64,000 nt of DNA from Octopus sinensis (Eukaryota). Positions within the stretch are counted from its first letter, which is position 1, and each line of letters opens with the position of its first letter. The DNA lies in the NCBI RefSeq assembly GCF_006345805.1, contig NC_043000.1:79980001-80044000 (forward strand). The letters are read 5' to 3'. The notes beneath the pieces were generated by a model, which was not told where the DNA came from, made no database searches, and saw only the letters and a list, made by a program, of their open reading frames with translations. Shown piece by piece: positions 26,560-40,293 of the stretch. Both the position numbers and the translations under genes were made by a program.

Positions 26560-27060
26560 GATTACTTTCGAGTGCTACTGGTAACATGCAACCCAGTACA
26601 ATCTGTTGTATGGTCGGGTCATCAGCGACTAAACCAGCAACCCCACCAAGCTTGCTTGGTGAGGAGGGTGTTTATTAGACACCCTGCGAGATGAAAAACA
26701 AAACCCGTCAAAGGGTGGAGGAACTCTTGAGAGTTAACGGCCATCCAATAAATGTCTTAAGGCTGTATCATGCACGCGGACATAGAAATAATCGGACTGA
26801 ATACCCGATCATGCGGTTAAACCATTGGGAGTGAAGGACTCCTAGCCTTTGTTAGGGCATCCTTCTAGGAGAAGGCAACTCAGGTAACTGGGATAACTCT
26901 GACATAAAACCTGCGGCTCAGTGGTTACCGATGATGTTGACTTGTTCTTCTTTTCGGATTATGGTTGCTGTTGCTTAGTGAGTGAGATTGACTCAGTGCA
27001 CAGCCTTTCCTCACTTAAAAAAAAATCTTCTTGCACAGGCATTGCACGATAACATTGATT
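26560..27060 (+). mobile_element. Probable RTE LINE 5' UTR fragment with no ORF attached
   Basis: GC-richer, CpG-containing segment with gggcatccttctaggagaaggcaactc, a motif type I recall from RTE 5' UTRs; not verified by search. Confidence 0.4.
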
Positions 27061-27143
27061 AAGCTTCGTGCAATGGCATACTCGATAACGTGGTAGCAGC
27101 CACCATGTATGTATGTATGTATGTATGTATGTATGTATATATA

Positions 27144-27189
<46 letters not shown>

Positions 27190-27363
27190 TGTATGTATAT
27201 ATATATGTATATGTATATATATATTTAAGTAGGTGAATGAATGATCCTAGTATTGATATTTCGGTTAATCGATACCTGGGTAGCAAATTCACGTCAGAAA
27301 ATACGGTTGAAGCTACATGCCAAGGGTAGAAACCCCGTGTTCTTGTGTGGTGATTTGTGTATT

Positions 27364-27742
27364 ATTTAAAATGAATAAAAGAATGGAGTCGAACGAAGAT
27401 TTTAACACAATTCCTTTACTTTAAACACATGTTTCGAAGACTGCATATTCTTAATTTGGAAGGAATAAAGTGTGCATTATGCCGTCTTCTCATCAGGAAA
27501 GACAAGGAAAATCAATCAGCCTCAAGACGGACAAAAACTTTTCTATGGCTTGCTACATAATGTTCACAGTGATAATGAGTGTTTTTAAACACTCATTATC
27601 ACTGTGAACATTATGATGAGAAGACGGCATAATGCACACTTTATTCCTTCCAAATTAAGAATATGCAGTCTTCGAAACATGTATTTAAAGTAAAGGATTG
27701 TGTTAAAATCTTCGTTCGACTCCATTCTTTTATTCATTTTAA

Positions 27743-27744
<2 letters not shown>
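27364..27744. repeat. Nested fold-back: 131-bp outer arms plus a perfect 29-bp inner hairpin (27556-27615)
   Basis: 27364-27495 versus 27614-27744; inner arms cataatgttcacagtgataatgagtgttt / aaacactcattatcactgtgaacattatg. Confidence 0.9.
27413..27507 (-). ncRNA. Type I hammerhead motif with canonical core and long loop II
   Basis: Minus strand: CCUUGUCUUUC-CUGAUGA-GAAGAC(42 nt)GUCUUC-GAAAC augu GUU^UAAAGUAAAGG; stem I imperfect. Confidence 0.55.
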
Positions 27745-27823
<79 letters not shown>

Positions 27824-28972
27824 GTCATTTCAAAATACAGAGAGAAAAGGAAAAGAACAAGCAAACAAAAGTGAGGATGTAGCACAAGCAATGTGTTACT
27901 ATGATGCTCAGTGAAAGAAGAGTTATTGCTTTACATCTTGAGCATCATTCTTCGTCAGAAATAAAAAAACCCAGCAATGTCCAAAGGGAAAGAAGGAAGG
28001 GGGAGTAAAAATTGCCAACAGTACACATGTGGTTATATACACATAAATGTGTGTGTTCACGTTATATATACACCTATACACCCACATATTTATATGTATA
28101 TATATGTATATGTATATGTTTGTATATATGTATGTGCATGTGTGTGTGTGTGTATAGAGAGAGATAGAGATGTAGATAGATAGGTACACATATAAGGGGA
28201 GGGATGGAGCATACTGATTAACATATAGGCCAAAATATTTTTGGAAAACAGTTTTTTGTAACAAGTAATTAGTGACTTTTGTGAAAAAGTACAAATTATG
28301 GTGGATAGACCTGGAGATTTAAAAAAAAAAATTAGAAAATTTAACCATGTAGCAAACATTGAAAGTATACTTACATATAGAAGTATATAGAAAAACTGGG
28401 AAAGAACTCGTGTTCATCATGGGACTACAGATACACATAGAAGCACACACACACACATAATGGGTGCAGGCATGGCTGTGAGGTAAGAAGCTTTTTTCTC
28501 AACCACATGGTTTTGGGTTCAGTCCCACGGTATGGCATCTTGGACAAGTGTCTTCTCCTATTGCATTGGATTGACAAAAGCCTTGTGCGTGGTAGACAGA
28601 AACTGAAAGAAATCTGTATACCATTTGAATGTATTTACCCCCCCACACACACACAAACACACACACTCATACTCACACTCTCTCTCACACACACACACAC
28701 ATGTCACAGTTTGCCAATCAAAGGGTAAGAAAGCACTCAGTTTATGATGGAGAGTATATTACTTCAAATCAATTCTGAAATCCACAGTGGCATAAAACTC
28801 AAGTTGCCTGCAAGGAAAAGAATTCAATTTATAAATAAAATACCTAATCAAATAAAATACCCCTAATAAATGGTGCAAGGGAATCTAAATGATAGTAAGT
28901 ATTAACTTAGAAAGCCTGTTGTAATGTTGTCCCACTAACATTCCTATCAGAATCTTTCTCTTTCCACTACCC

Positions 28973-29021
<49 letters not shown>

Positions 29022-29394
29022 ACACACACCTTATATATATTGTGTCACTGTCTCCCACATTTGCTGTGGTCTACTTTAGTCTCTGTCTCTTTATCTCCCT
29101 CCCTTATCATCAGTTACTTCTTAAAACCCCATATCAAATATTTCTATTGCAGAACATCTCCAGAGCAACCAGAAGTGGCTCTATATTTCTTGGATGATGT
29201 AAGTGAAACTTTATATTTTGACACTTAAATTTCTTTCCAACATAGCCCACACTTCATCAGCCATTCTCCTTCCTGAGTGTTCTACTTATCTACCTACCTA
29301 CCTGCCTGCCTGCCTATCTACATATGTACATACATACATGCATACTCTATGTCTGATTGTCTGTCTGTCCCTCTCACTCTCTCTCTCCCTGTCA

Positions 29395-29467
<73 letters not shown>

Positions 29468-29629
29468 GCTAGCTATCTGTCTGTCTGTCTGTCTGTGTCT
29501 ATCTATCTATCTGCTTATAAATGAAGTGATCTGTCTATATATATGTATATATGTATATATGTATGTATATATGTATATATATATATATAGATAAGAAAGT
29601 TGGTTTGTGAAAGCATGTGGTTGAATATA

Positions 29630-30547
29630 TAGAAAATAGTAAAAAGTGAAAAAACTACAGAAGGCTTGTTTTAAAAGGTTAAAGAATATATATTTAAGTC
29701 AATATGTCTGAAGAATATTATAAATTTTTTTTTACAATGACATTGTTTAGAAGAAAGACCGCTTTTCAGATTTCTTACGTCGTTATGTTTATGTTGAGAA
29801 GAGTTATCGTCATGTTTATGTTGAAAAGAATTCTAAATAAGGGGAGGTAATAAGTGATTTCTTCCGGTGTAAGGGAGATAATCGCTTTAAAATTTTTCCC
29901 TTTCCTTTGGGGTGAATTTCTCTGTATAAGTATGTTGGAATGGTTAAGTCTGGGCTTGTACTTTTCAATGAAGAATGTTTCCTTGTTTAGTCTAGTTTGT
30001 GTTGATGATCCGATAGCACATTGGTAAAATGGAAAGATTAAAAAATTGTGGTAGTAGTTGCTTTGCGCATTTCTCAATGTGCTCACTAAAAGGTATCATT
30101 CTGTATTCTGGGAATGCAATCTGTTGTCAATGCAGTGTGCATCTACGTCTGAGTGATAGTCCCGTGGATCCCACGCAGTCTTGGTGGCAGCCCGAGCATT
30201 TTATGACATAAATTATGTTTTCAGAGGCACAAGTAAAATTAGATTTGATCTTGAATTTCTGTCCCTCTTTGAAGAGGAATTCTGATCCTTCTAGCAGGTT
30301 TGGACATGTTGCACAGTTTGGTCTACCACATTTTTTTACTTTTGCATCCGTAATTTCAGAAAACAATTTTGCCTTTGTGAGAATCTTTTTAAGTGATTTA
30401 GGTTGTTTGTAGCTTTTAATGATTTGGTGTATGCTTAGAATTTCCTTTAATTTGGGGTCCTTATGAAGTATTGGTAAATTCTGGGTGATAATGGTGATGG
30501 CTTCTTTGTTTCTGGGGTTGTATGTAGATATGTAAGGTAGGTAGTAT
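29630..30547 (-). mobile_element. Penelope-like element 3' part (GIY-YIG endonuclease plus tail), left arm
   Basis: KKCGRPNCATCP...NIIYVIKCSGCHQDCVGSTGLSLRRRCTLH...ETFFIEKYKPRLN. Confidence 0.9.
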
Positions 30548-30555
30548 ATTCCCCA

Positions 30556-31463
30556 AAAATACTACCTTACATATCTACATACAACCCCAGAAACAAAGAA
30601 GCCATCACCATCATCACCCAGAATTTACCAATACTTCATAAGGACCCCAAATTAAAGGAAATTCTAAACATACACCAAATCATTAAAAGCTACAAACAAC
30701 CTAAATCACTTAAAAAGATTCTCACAAAGGCAAAATTGTTTTCTGAAATTACGGATGCAAAAGTAAAAAAATGTGGTAGACCGAACTGTGCAACATGTCC
30801 AAACCTGCTAGAAGGATCAGAATTCCTCTTCAAAGAGGGACAGAAATTCAAGATCAAATCTAATTTTACTTGTGCCTCTGAAAACATAATTTATGCTCGG
30901 GCTGCCACCAAGACTACGTGGGATCCACGGGACTATCACTCAGATGTAGATGCACACTGAATCGATAACAGATTGCATTCCCAGAATACAGAATGATACC
31001 TTTTAGTGAGCACATTGAGAAATGCGCAAAGCAACTACTACCACAATTTTTAATCTTTCCATTTTACCAATGTGCTATCGGATCATCAACACAAACTAGA
31101 CTAAACAAGGAAACGATCTTCATTGAAAAGTACAAACCCAGACTTAACCATTCCAACATACTTATTGAGAAATTCACCCCAAAGGAAAGGAAAAAAAATT
31201 TAAGCGATTATCTCCCTTACACCAGAAGAAATCACTTATTACCTCCCCTTATTTAGAACTCTTTTCAACATAAACATAACGATAACTCTTCTCAACATAA
31301 ACATAACGACGTAAGAAATTTGGAAAGCTAAACGCGAAACTGGTCTTTCTTCTAAACTATGTCATTGTAAGAAAAAAATTTATAATATTCTTCAGACATA
31401 TTGACTTAAATATATATTCTTAACCTTTTAAAACAAGCCTTCTGTAGTTTTTTCACTTTTTAC

Positions 31464-31472
<9 letters not shown>
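30556..31472 (+). mobile_element. Penelope-like element 3' part, inverted right arm
   Basis: Near-identical reverse complement of 29630-30547, with a deletion of about 10 bp in the GIY motif and a few substitutions. Confidence 0.9.
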
Positions 31473-31512
<40 letters not shown>

Positions 31513-31515
<3 letters not shown>

Positions 31516-31894
31516 TTTTACTTGTTTCAGTCATTTTGATTCTGGACCATGCTAGTGCAGCACATTTAGTTAAACAAATCGACCCCAGGACTTATTCTTT
31601 TTAAGACTATTACTTATTCTATTGGTCTCTTTTGCCAAAGCACTAAGTTATGGGAATGTAAACACACCAACATCAGTTGTCAAGTGATGGTGGGAGGACA
31701 AACATATACACGCAAATACATATGTATATGTATGTACGATAGACTTCTTTCAGTTTCTGTCTACCAAATCCACTCACAAGGCTTTGGTTGGCTTGAGGCT
31801 ATAGTAGTAGACACTTGCCCAAGGTAGCATGCAGTGAGACTGAACCCAGAACCATGTGGTTGGGAAGCAAGCTTGTTACCACACAGCCACTCCT
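31513..31894 (-). mobile_element. tRNA-derived SINE
   Basis: Reverse-complement match to the 5298-5691 family. Confidence 0.8.
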
Positions 31895-32432
31895 AAAAAT
31901 ATATGTATATGTATGTATGTATGTGTGTGTGTGTGTTTTTGTGTGTGTGTATGTGTGTGCATGTGTGTGTGTGCATGTGTGTGTGTGCATGTGTGATTGT
32001 TTATAATTCTTTGTTTTAACATCATTTGCTAGTTGTAACAGAAAATTTCCATTCTTTAAGCATCATTATTTGTTTGCAATTTTATGTGAAAATATGTCAA
32101 ACCATTGTGTTTTTCAAGACAGGTGGAAGAGCATCCTGTTGTAGAAAATTTGCCATAATGAATTTTGTCTGACACATGTAAGCAAGCAAAAGTGACTTTT
32201 AAAGTATTGATGATAATATATATATTTAATTATAGTACAATTTTTTCAAAGACAGTATCTTTCTATTATACATTCTTATCAAATGTTTGACAAGTTCATA
32301 AGATCAAAATATACTGCAGTTTGTCATGAAACTAAATGTATATATGTATAAAATGTGTGTGTGTGTGTGTATTAATTCCAGCATTTAAATGATAGTAACT
32401 TCTAGAGGTTTCACTACTACTACTACTACTAC

Positions 32433-32463
<31 letters not shown>

Positions 32464-32500
32464 TGTAGTAGTAGTAGTAGTAGCAGCAGCAGTAGTAGCA

Positions 32501-32535
<35 letters not shown>

Positions 32536-33789
32536 CCCAGTCATTCAATAGAAACAGTACCAGACAGAACAAAGGAAGTCTGTTATGAAGAACAAAAGCT
32601 GAGAGAAGAAAAAACTACAATAAAAATATTAATTATAAAAAATAGCTCTTAAATCATCTTATATTTATCTTTCTAATTTTACACCATAGATGTTTCTTTT
32701 TGTGTTTTTTGTTTTGGAAACTATGACCAGTTTGAAAAAATGTGGCACTCGAAGAAATGTGTGTGTAATATCATTGTATCATGTCTTGTACATAGATATA
32801 AACATTTAACTCAGATCTTTGCTTTGCAATCATGAGGTCACAAGTTTGGTCTCACTGAACAGCACCTTGATCAAGTGTTTATACTATATAGCCTTGGCTT
32901 GATCCAAGCCTTGTCAGTGAAATTGAGGACATGGATTTTACCTGTAATTCAGAGATTTAATTTTTGTCACACTGATGTTACCTGAGAATTACTTTTAATG
33001 ATAAATGTGTGTGCGTGTGTAGAATACTTTTACACATTTACATGTTAATTAAGTGATAACCTAGTTCAGATGCTCAAACAATTAATTGCTCATTGTCAAA
33101 ACTGATTTAAGATCCATCATATCAGACGCTAAGTTCTAACACTGAGATCTTATCCAGCTTATATAAAATAGCTCTTATCTTCTTTAGCATAACATAACTG
33201 ACAGTTACTAGTTAAAATTGTTATGACAAACAAGAGTCCATGCTTTTGAATTACTGTGTTTTGCTGCAACTGATTTTCTTTGGCATGTCATGAGACACAT
33301 GGCAAATTTATTCCTCTTCTTTGGATTAATGCAACAAAAATTGGATTCAAGTCAAGAATAAAAGAAACAGTTTTATTGTATCAAAGCAGAATGGCTGAAT
33401 ATTATTTTCTTATTTTTCTTCTTCTTGTTTTCTACCATGTGAACTAAATTAGAGCCATTGGCAAGTGAAATATATTAGTGCTTTTCTTTTCTTTTTCTGT
33501 GTCATAAGATATTTCTCCATTAAAACAATCTATATTCTCCTTTCTCATTCTTCTGTTATAATATCTTACTTTCCTTCCAGGAATATCATTTCTTTTTAGC
33601 TAGTTGAATGACCTTGGTAAAAGCTTCATTAAAAATACCCATAACACAACAGCACATGGCCAGATATGTTGCAGTTATCTCACCTTAAATGTTATTACTT
33701 CATCAAATGTTCGCTTTGGTAACTTGTTGAAAATTCTAAATCTATTATTACTGGAACAAAAAAGGGATTATGTCACATATATAAACTGT

Positions 33790-34150
33790 CCTCCTCCTCC
33801 TCCTTATCATCATCATCATTGTCGGCGGTCATCCTCATCATAGTCATCGTTGTCATTGTCCTCCTCCACCTCCTCATCGTCGTTATCCTCCTCCTCATCA
33901 TCATCGTCGTTGCCACCCTCATCCTCATCATTGTCATTGTCGTCGTCATCCTCCTCATCATCATCATTGTTGTCATCACCATACTACTATCAGCAGCAGC
34001 AGCAGCAGCACCACCACCACCACCACCACCCAGCATCTCCTTTTCATCATCATTATTATCATTATCATCATCATCGTTATCACTGTCAGTATCATCTCCA
34101 TCACTGTCATTGTTGTAACTATTACCATTATTACCATCCTTGTTGTCATT
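33790..34150. repeat. Compound trinucleotide microsatellite (TCA/TCC/CAG/CAC)n
   Basis: Read directly; source of the poly-S, poly-D and poly-M ORFs in the track. Confidence 0.9.
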
Positions 34151-34665
34151 GTCATCCAACTATCCATCCATACTGGCATGGGTTGGACAGGTCTATTCCA
34201 ACACAGCATCTCTCCTCTCACTACCTGTTGCATTAATTTGGGTGTACATATGCACCCATAGAGAAAACTGCAGGACGTGTTTTACTTTCACATGATTTTT
34301 CACATTTGGATGCTTTTTCTATCTCGCAACATGAACTGGATTCATTTTATCATACAACTGACACTAAAGAGGCTATCAGCAGTACAATGAAGTAGACATT
34401 TTTACCCTGTAACAAGTTTTATTTATAATAACTGTTAGTGTTTAGCATGGTGGATTCTAGATGCTGTCATTATTATTTTAAATTGTTTCTTGCTCATGGT
34501 GATTCTTTCATTGCTTGTGTTCCATCCTTGCCCAATTCTTCTACTTCTGTTAGTGAATTTAGTATTGATATGAAGAAAACTGCTCTGAAGTATTTTCCAT
34601 AGCCATAATGTTAATATACACAGTCTATGTTATTTCTGTTAGTCTCTCTCCCTCCACCCCTCCAG

Positions 34666-34706
<41 letters not shown>

Positions 34707-35630
34707 CCTCTCGCTCTATCTGTCAGTCTGTCTGTATGTCTATCTATCTATCCATCTATCTATCTATCTATCTAATACAATAAATGCGCAAATCAATTTC
34801 TGTGTGTCAGTGTGTTACATTTTGACCTCCTCTCTCACTATTCAATGATGCTTCTACTATTCCATGTGCTGGGGTGAGAGTAATAGTAGGCATAAAGACA
34901 AGTGGCGAAGGCAGACAGAGTGAGAGCAAGAAAGGAAAAGAGGTGGAGAGAAAGAGAGGCAAAGAAATTTAGGGAGAGTTGATGTTTTATTAAAAGTAGT
35001 AGTGTTGATGGTAGCAGTGGGAGTAATAATAAAAGAGAGAGAAAGAGTGGGTATATGAGAGAAAGAGGGACTGAGCACTGAACTAACATACTGAACACTG
35101 ATGGTAATGGGGTGATAGTAATAGTATGAGCTGTAGTTGTGATAGAGGCGGAGGCAGTCATGATGATGGTGGTGGTAACTGAGGTGGTCAAGAATGACGG
35201 TGAGAGTAAGCGATATGAAAGACAGAGGTGATAATGGTGGAGGGGAAGGCAGTGAAGTCAAAGGTATTGATGGTGGTGGTATCAGAAATCTGAATGGTGT
35301 GTGTATGGCAGATGTAGTGGCGAAGGTAGTGGTACTGATGTTTATCATGCAGCTTTGCAATAAGTTCCAAGCGACAAATTATATCATTGTTTTGATGAAA
35401 ATTGTTCATTACTTGAAAAATATTGCTCAAGTTTAATAAAATTTAATTGTATGAAGTGTCATTGTTGGGCCCAAGGCCTAATGAAGAGCTCTCCACAGGA
35501 CCTAGCTTAAAAGCTGCCCGACAGGGTAGCTTTTAAGCTAGTATGTAATAATAAAAAGTAACAACAATAGAATGGGACCTCAGTATTAGATAAATAAAGG
35601 ATATCTATATGTATTATAATTTAGAATATT

Positions 35631-35692
35631 ATAGTACTCAGAGTTTCAAATGTCTGAGCAAAGAGCTACAATGCATTCTCGTCGGCTATTAA
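35631..35692 (-). ncRNA. Hammerhead motif, CCGACGA family, copy 1
   Basis: Minus strand: AUAG-CCGACGA-GAAUG...CAUUU-GAAACUC u GAGUA^CUAU. Confidence 0.65.
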
Positions 35693-36696
35693 TGGCAAGA
35701 GACACTATGAAAAACCGTTGAATAAAAGGGAAGTTACTCTAATAGGTAGAAAAATAAAAAAAGGTAAAAGATAAATATACACAACCATATTCTCACAATA
35801 CATAGACATAAACCTCCTACGTTCACAACTTCTACATAGAACACACTCACACAAACATGTATACGTTCATGCACATACACACATACAAAAGCAAACAAAC
35901 ATATGTGTATGTACATACTCATGCATACACACATATCCGCACATACACGCATACATGTATATATATATATGTATATATGTATGCAACCTCATCCTCATAT
36001 AGACATAAGTGTTTACATGCATACATGTAACATATTACATATATATTTAGACATTTATGCATATAAATATTCGTATATATATATATATATATATCATCAT
36101 CATCATCATCATCATCATTTAGCATCCGTTTTCCATGCTAGCATGGGTTGGACGGTTCAACTGGGGTCTGTGAAGCTGGAAGACTTCATCAGGCCCAGTC
36201 AGATCTGGCAGTGTTTCTACGGCTGGATGCCCTTCCTAACGCCAACCACTCTGTGAGTGTAGTGGGTGCTTTTTACGTGCCACCCGCACAGTTGCCAGAC
36301 AGAGCTGGCAAATGGCCACAAACAGATGGTGCTTTTACGTGTCATCGGCACAGGGGCCAGGCGAGGCTGGCAACGGACATGAACGGATGGTGCTTTTACG
36401 TGCCACCAACACGGGGGCCAGACAGAGCTGGCAAACGGCCACGAAACGGATGGTGCTTTTACGTGTCACCAGCACGGGGGCCACGCGAGGCTGGCAACGG
36501 ACACGAACGGATGGTGCTTTTACGTGCCACCGACAAGGAGGCTAGACGGGGCAGCGCCAGCAACGACCACGATCGGATGGTTCGCTTAACCACAGCTGCA
36601 ATTCCCACTGATGTTGATCGACCTCAATTTGGTTCTGCTTTCTGATATATGAATTGATTTGGTTTGATTTTGATTTTGACTGTTCTCACTGGTCTT

Positions 36697-36735
<39 letters not shown>

Positions 36736-36779
36736 CAGACATACATTCACACTTCCACATACATGCATATATATATATA

Positions 36780-39455
36780 ACCGATCGGGCCGACATACCA
36801 GCCAAATTGACTACATCCTTGCCAGGAAAAGGGAAAGATGGCTGCTTATAAATGCCAAAACCTTCCCAGGTGAAGAATGCACCCTGCAACATAGACTGGT
36901 AGTTAGTGACTTTAGGATCAGGACTAAGAGGACGACCAGAAGACGACCAACATGGAGAAGAAGGATCTGGAAGCTTAAAGATCCTGCGAATTGACAGAGA
37001 TTTAGGGACATATTACTTGAAGCCTTTGACAAAGTAGAAGGGGATAGAGCATCACATGGGGTAGAAGACAACTGGATGTTTCTAAGGGACAACTTGCTGA
37101 GAGCCACTGACCAGATATGTGGCTGGTGCAAAGTCCCCTCTTGACCCAAAATAACATGGTGGTGGAACAAGGTTGTAGACAGGGCTATTAGAGAAAAGAG
37201 ACAGGCTTGGAAGGACTGGAAGAATGGTGGTAGCAGGGAATTGTATCAGACTGCCAAAAGGGAAGCTAGGAGACAGGTCTATCTAGCAAGAGGGGAAGCA
37301 GACAAGAAAAACTTTGCCAATGTTCTGTGCTGTGAGGACCAAAGACTTGAGGTGTTTCGTGTGAGAGAGAATCGTGATGTGGTAGGAGAGAAATGTGTTC
37401 GCTAAATGAGGATGCAAAGAGAGAGGTTTGGAGATGCCACTATGAAAGGTTGCTGAATAAAGAAAATGAATGGGATAAAGAGAGTCTGCCAAATGTTGAC
37501 CCAACAGAGGGACCAGCTATCTGAGTTGACAGTTCCTTGGTAGTTAAGGCAATTAGAAGCATGAAGACAGGGAAAGCCCCAGGCCCATCAGGAATCACTG
37601 CAGAGATGCTCAAAATATCTGGTAGTGTCGGCTATAGCCTAGTCACCCGTATAGTTAATCAGGTGATACACGAAGGAGTCATACCCAATGACTGGTGTAG
37701 CAGCATAATAGTCAACTGCTACAAAGGTAAAGGTGACGCCCTAGATACAAATAATTACAGAGGTAACAAGCTGTTGGATCAGGTAATGAAGGTTATGGAG
37801 AGGGTCATAGCCCAACTAATTAGAGAGAGAGTTAGTTTAGATGAGATGCAGTTTGGGTTCATGCCAGGGAAAAGCACCACTGATGCTATATTCCTGGTAA
37901 GGCAGCTGCAGGAGAAATACCTAGCCAAAGATAAGCCCCAGTACCTGGCTTTTGTTGACATGGAGAAAGCCTTTGACAGGGTTCTCTGATCCCTTATCTG
38001 GTGGTCAATGAGGAAACTAGGGATAGCTGAATGGTTAGTGAGAGCTGTGCGAGCCATGTACAGGGATGCCACTTGTAAGATGAGGGTTGGCAACGAGTAT
38101 AGTGAAGAATTCCGGGTAAGGTAGGGGTCCATCAAAGCTCAGTCCTCAGCCCCCTATTTATCATAGTCCTCCAGGCAATAACGGAGGAATTCAAGACAGG
38201 ATGCCCCTGGGAGCTCCTCTATGCTGATGACCTTGCTCTAATTGCTGAGTCACTATCAGAACTGGAGGAGAAGTTTCAGGTGTGGAAGCAAGGATTAGAA
38301 TCGAAGGGCCGTAGAGTCAATCTAGCTAAAACCAAAGTCCTAATAAGTAGGAAGGTAGATAAATCACAAACACCTTCAGGTAGATGGCCCTGCTGGATCT
38401 GTAAAAAAGGTGTAGGTAGAAACTCTATAAGATTCACCAAGTGTAAGCTATGGACACATAAGAGGTGCAGCAATGTCAAAGGAAGGCTAACTAGGAAGAT
38501 AGTTTTTGTATGTGGCAGATGCTCAGGAGCAATAAACACTGAAAATGCTCTGAGACCAACTTCTGCCACATTCCAGGGAGAAAAACTAGAAATAGTTGAT
38601 AGCTTCCGTTACCTAGGTGACTAAGTCAGTAGTGGGGGTGGGTGTGCTGAAAGTGTTACTGCTAGAGTAAGAATAGCTTGGGCAAATTTCAGAGAGCTCT
38701 TACCTCTGCTGATGACAAAAGGCCTCTCGCTCAGAGTAAAAGGCAGACTGTATGATGCGTGTGTACGAATAGCCATGCTACATAGCAGTGAAACATGCTC
38801 TGTGACTGCTGAGGATATGCGTAAGCTTGCAAGAAATGAACCCAGTATGCTCCGATGGATGTGTAATGTCAGTGTGCGTACTCGACAGAGTGTAAGTACC
38901 TTGAGAGAAAAGCTGGACCTAAGAAGCATCAGTTGTGGTGTGCAAGAGAGACGTTTACACTGGTATGGTCATATGGCGAGAATGGATGAAGATAGTTGTG
39001 TGAAAAAGTGCCAAACACTAGCGGTTGAGGGAACCCGTGGAAGAGGTAGACCCAGGAAAACCTGGGACGAGGTGGTGAAGCATGACCTTTGAACTTTAGG
39101 TCTCACTGAGGAAATGACTAGAGACCGAGACCTTTGGAAGTATGCTGGACAAGTGAGACCATAACCTGTGGCCTCTACATAGGATGTAGCCAGTCCACTT
39201 ATGCATACCTTTCCTTCTTGGGACACAAAACTCTACATGTGAAGACCTGTTGAGGCAAGTGAAAATCAAAATCGAAATCGATCAACATCAGGGGAAATTG
39301 CAGCTGTGATACCAGTGCCGGTGGTACGTAAGAGAACCATCCGAATGTGGCTGTTGCCAGTGCCGCCCCGACTGGCCTCGTGCCGGCGGCACGTAAAAGG
39401 CACCATCCGATTGTGGCTATTGCCAGCCTCACCTGGCCCCCGTGCCAGTGGCATG
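36780..39455 (+). mobile_element. RTE-clade LINE, truncated and pseudogenised
   Basis: Homologous to 21884-25292 from the end of EN through RT (YADD near 38220) into the 3' UTR; many stops and deletions. Confidence 0.93.
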
Positions 39456-39456
39456 C

Positions 39457-40060
39457 ATGAAGTGTCATTGTTAGAGCCAAGGCCCAATGAAAAGTCCTCC
39501 ACAGGAGCTAGCTTAAAAGCCACCCTGCATCTATTTCCAGAAAACTGCTAGATAAAGCCCTCACTTTTGCAAGCAGTTTTACAGAGATTAGTGAACAAGA
39601 TAACGATATAATCCTCCATGCCAGGAAGACCTTACTCTTCGGGTCAAGACAACAGACACAGAGGGTTCTTTCGATGTGAGCATGGGGTCATATGATGGAA
39701 CAGGCATATACAATCTCATTGGGCTATTCTTGCTTGACACATTAGGAAAAGCTTTTCTTGGTGTATTTTTCACTATTTATAGGGTAAATGCTTTAGTTTT
39801 AGTTAAGATTACCAATGGACCAGCACATGATCAGTTAAGGAAAGATATTATCCATCTTATGAAAACATTCAAGCTTAGCTTAACAATAGATACCAAGCTG
39901 ACAGTTTTCAATTTCCTTCACGTATTTACAAAAGAATATTTACAAACACTATAGAAAGCCCAACTATAGTTATAGTTATATTAATGTAGGTTTCTGCACC
40001 CCACCCATAATGTTTAAGAATTTAGTTAAGAATATTAGTAGGAGAATTGTTAAGTGTATG
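39457..40060 (+). mobile_element. Penelope-like reverse transcriptase fragment
   Basis: FDVSMGSYDGTGIYNLIGLFLL and GPAHDQLRKDIIHLMKTFKLSLTIDTKLTVFNFLHV match PLE RT motifs (MGS; NFLDV). Confidence 0.8.
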
Positions 40061-40228
40061 CATGTAAACACCTATGTGTATATGAGGATGAAGTTGCATA
40101 CACATATATATTTATACATGTATGCATGTGTGTGTGTGTACTTTTTATCTTTTTTCTTTTTTTTTCTTTTTATACATATTAGAGTAACTTCCGTTTTATT
40201 CGACAGTTTTTCATAGAATCTGTTGCCA

Positions 40229-40293
40229 TTAATAGCCGACGAGAATGCATCGTAGCTCTTCACTCTGACATTCGAAACTCCGAGTACTATAAT
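40229..40293 (+). ncRNA. Hammerhead motif, CCGACGA family, copy 2 (best preserved)
   Basis: AUAG-CCGACGA(40236-40242)-GAAUG(21 nt)CAUUC-GAAACUC c GAGUA^CUAU; predicted cleavage after 40286. Confidence 0.72.

Noticed and set aside
36255-36570. Repeat-spacer appearance resembling a CRISPR array
   Set aside because: Spacers are homologous to each other, context is a eukaryotic RTE 3' UTR, and there are no cas genes.
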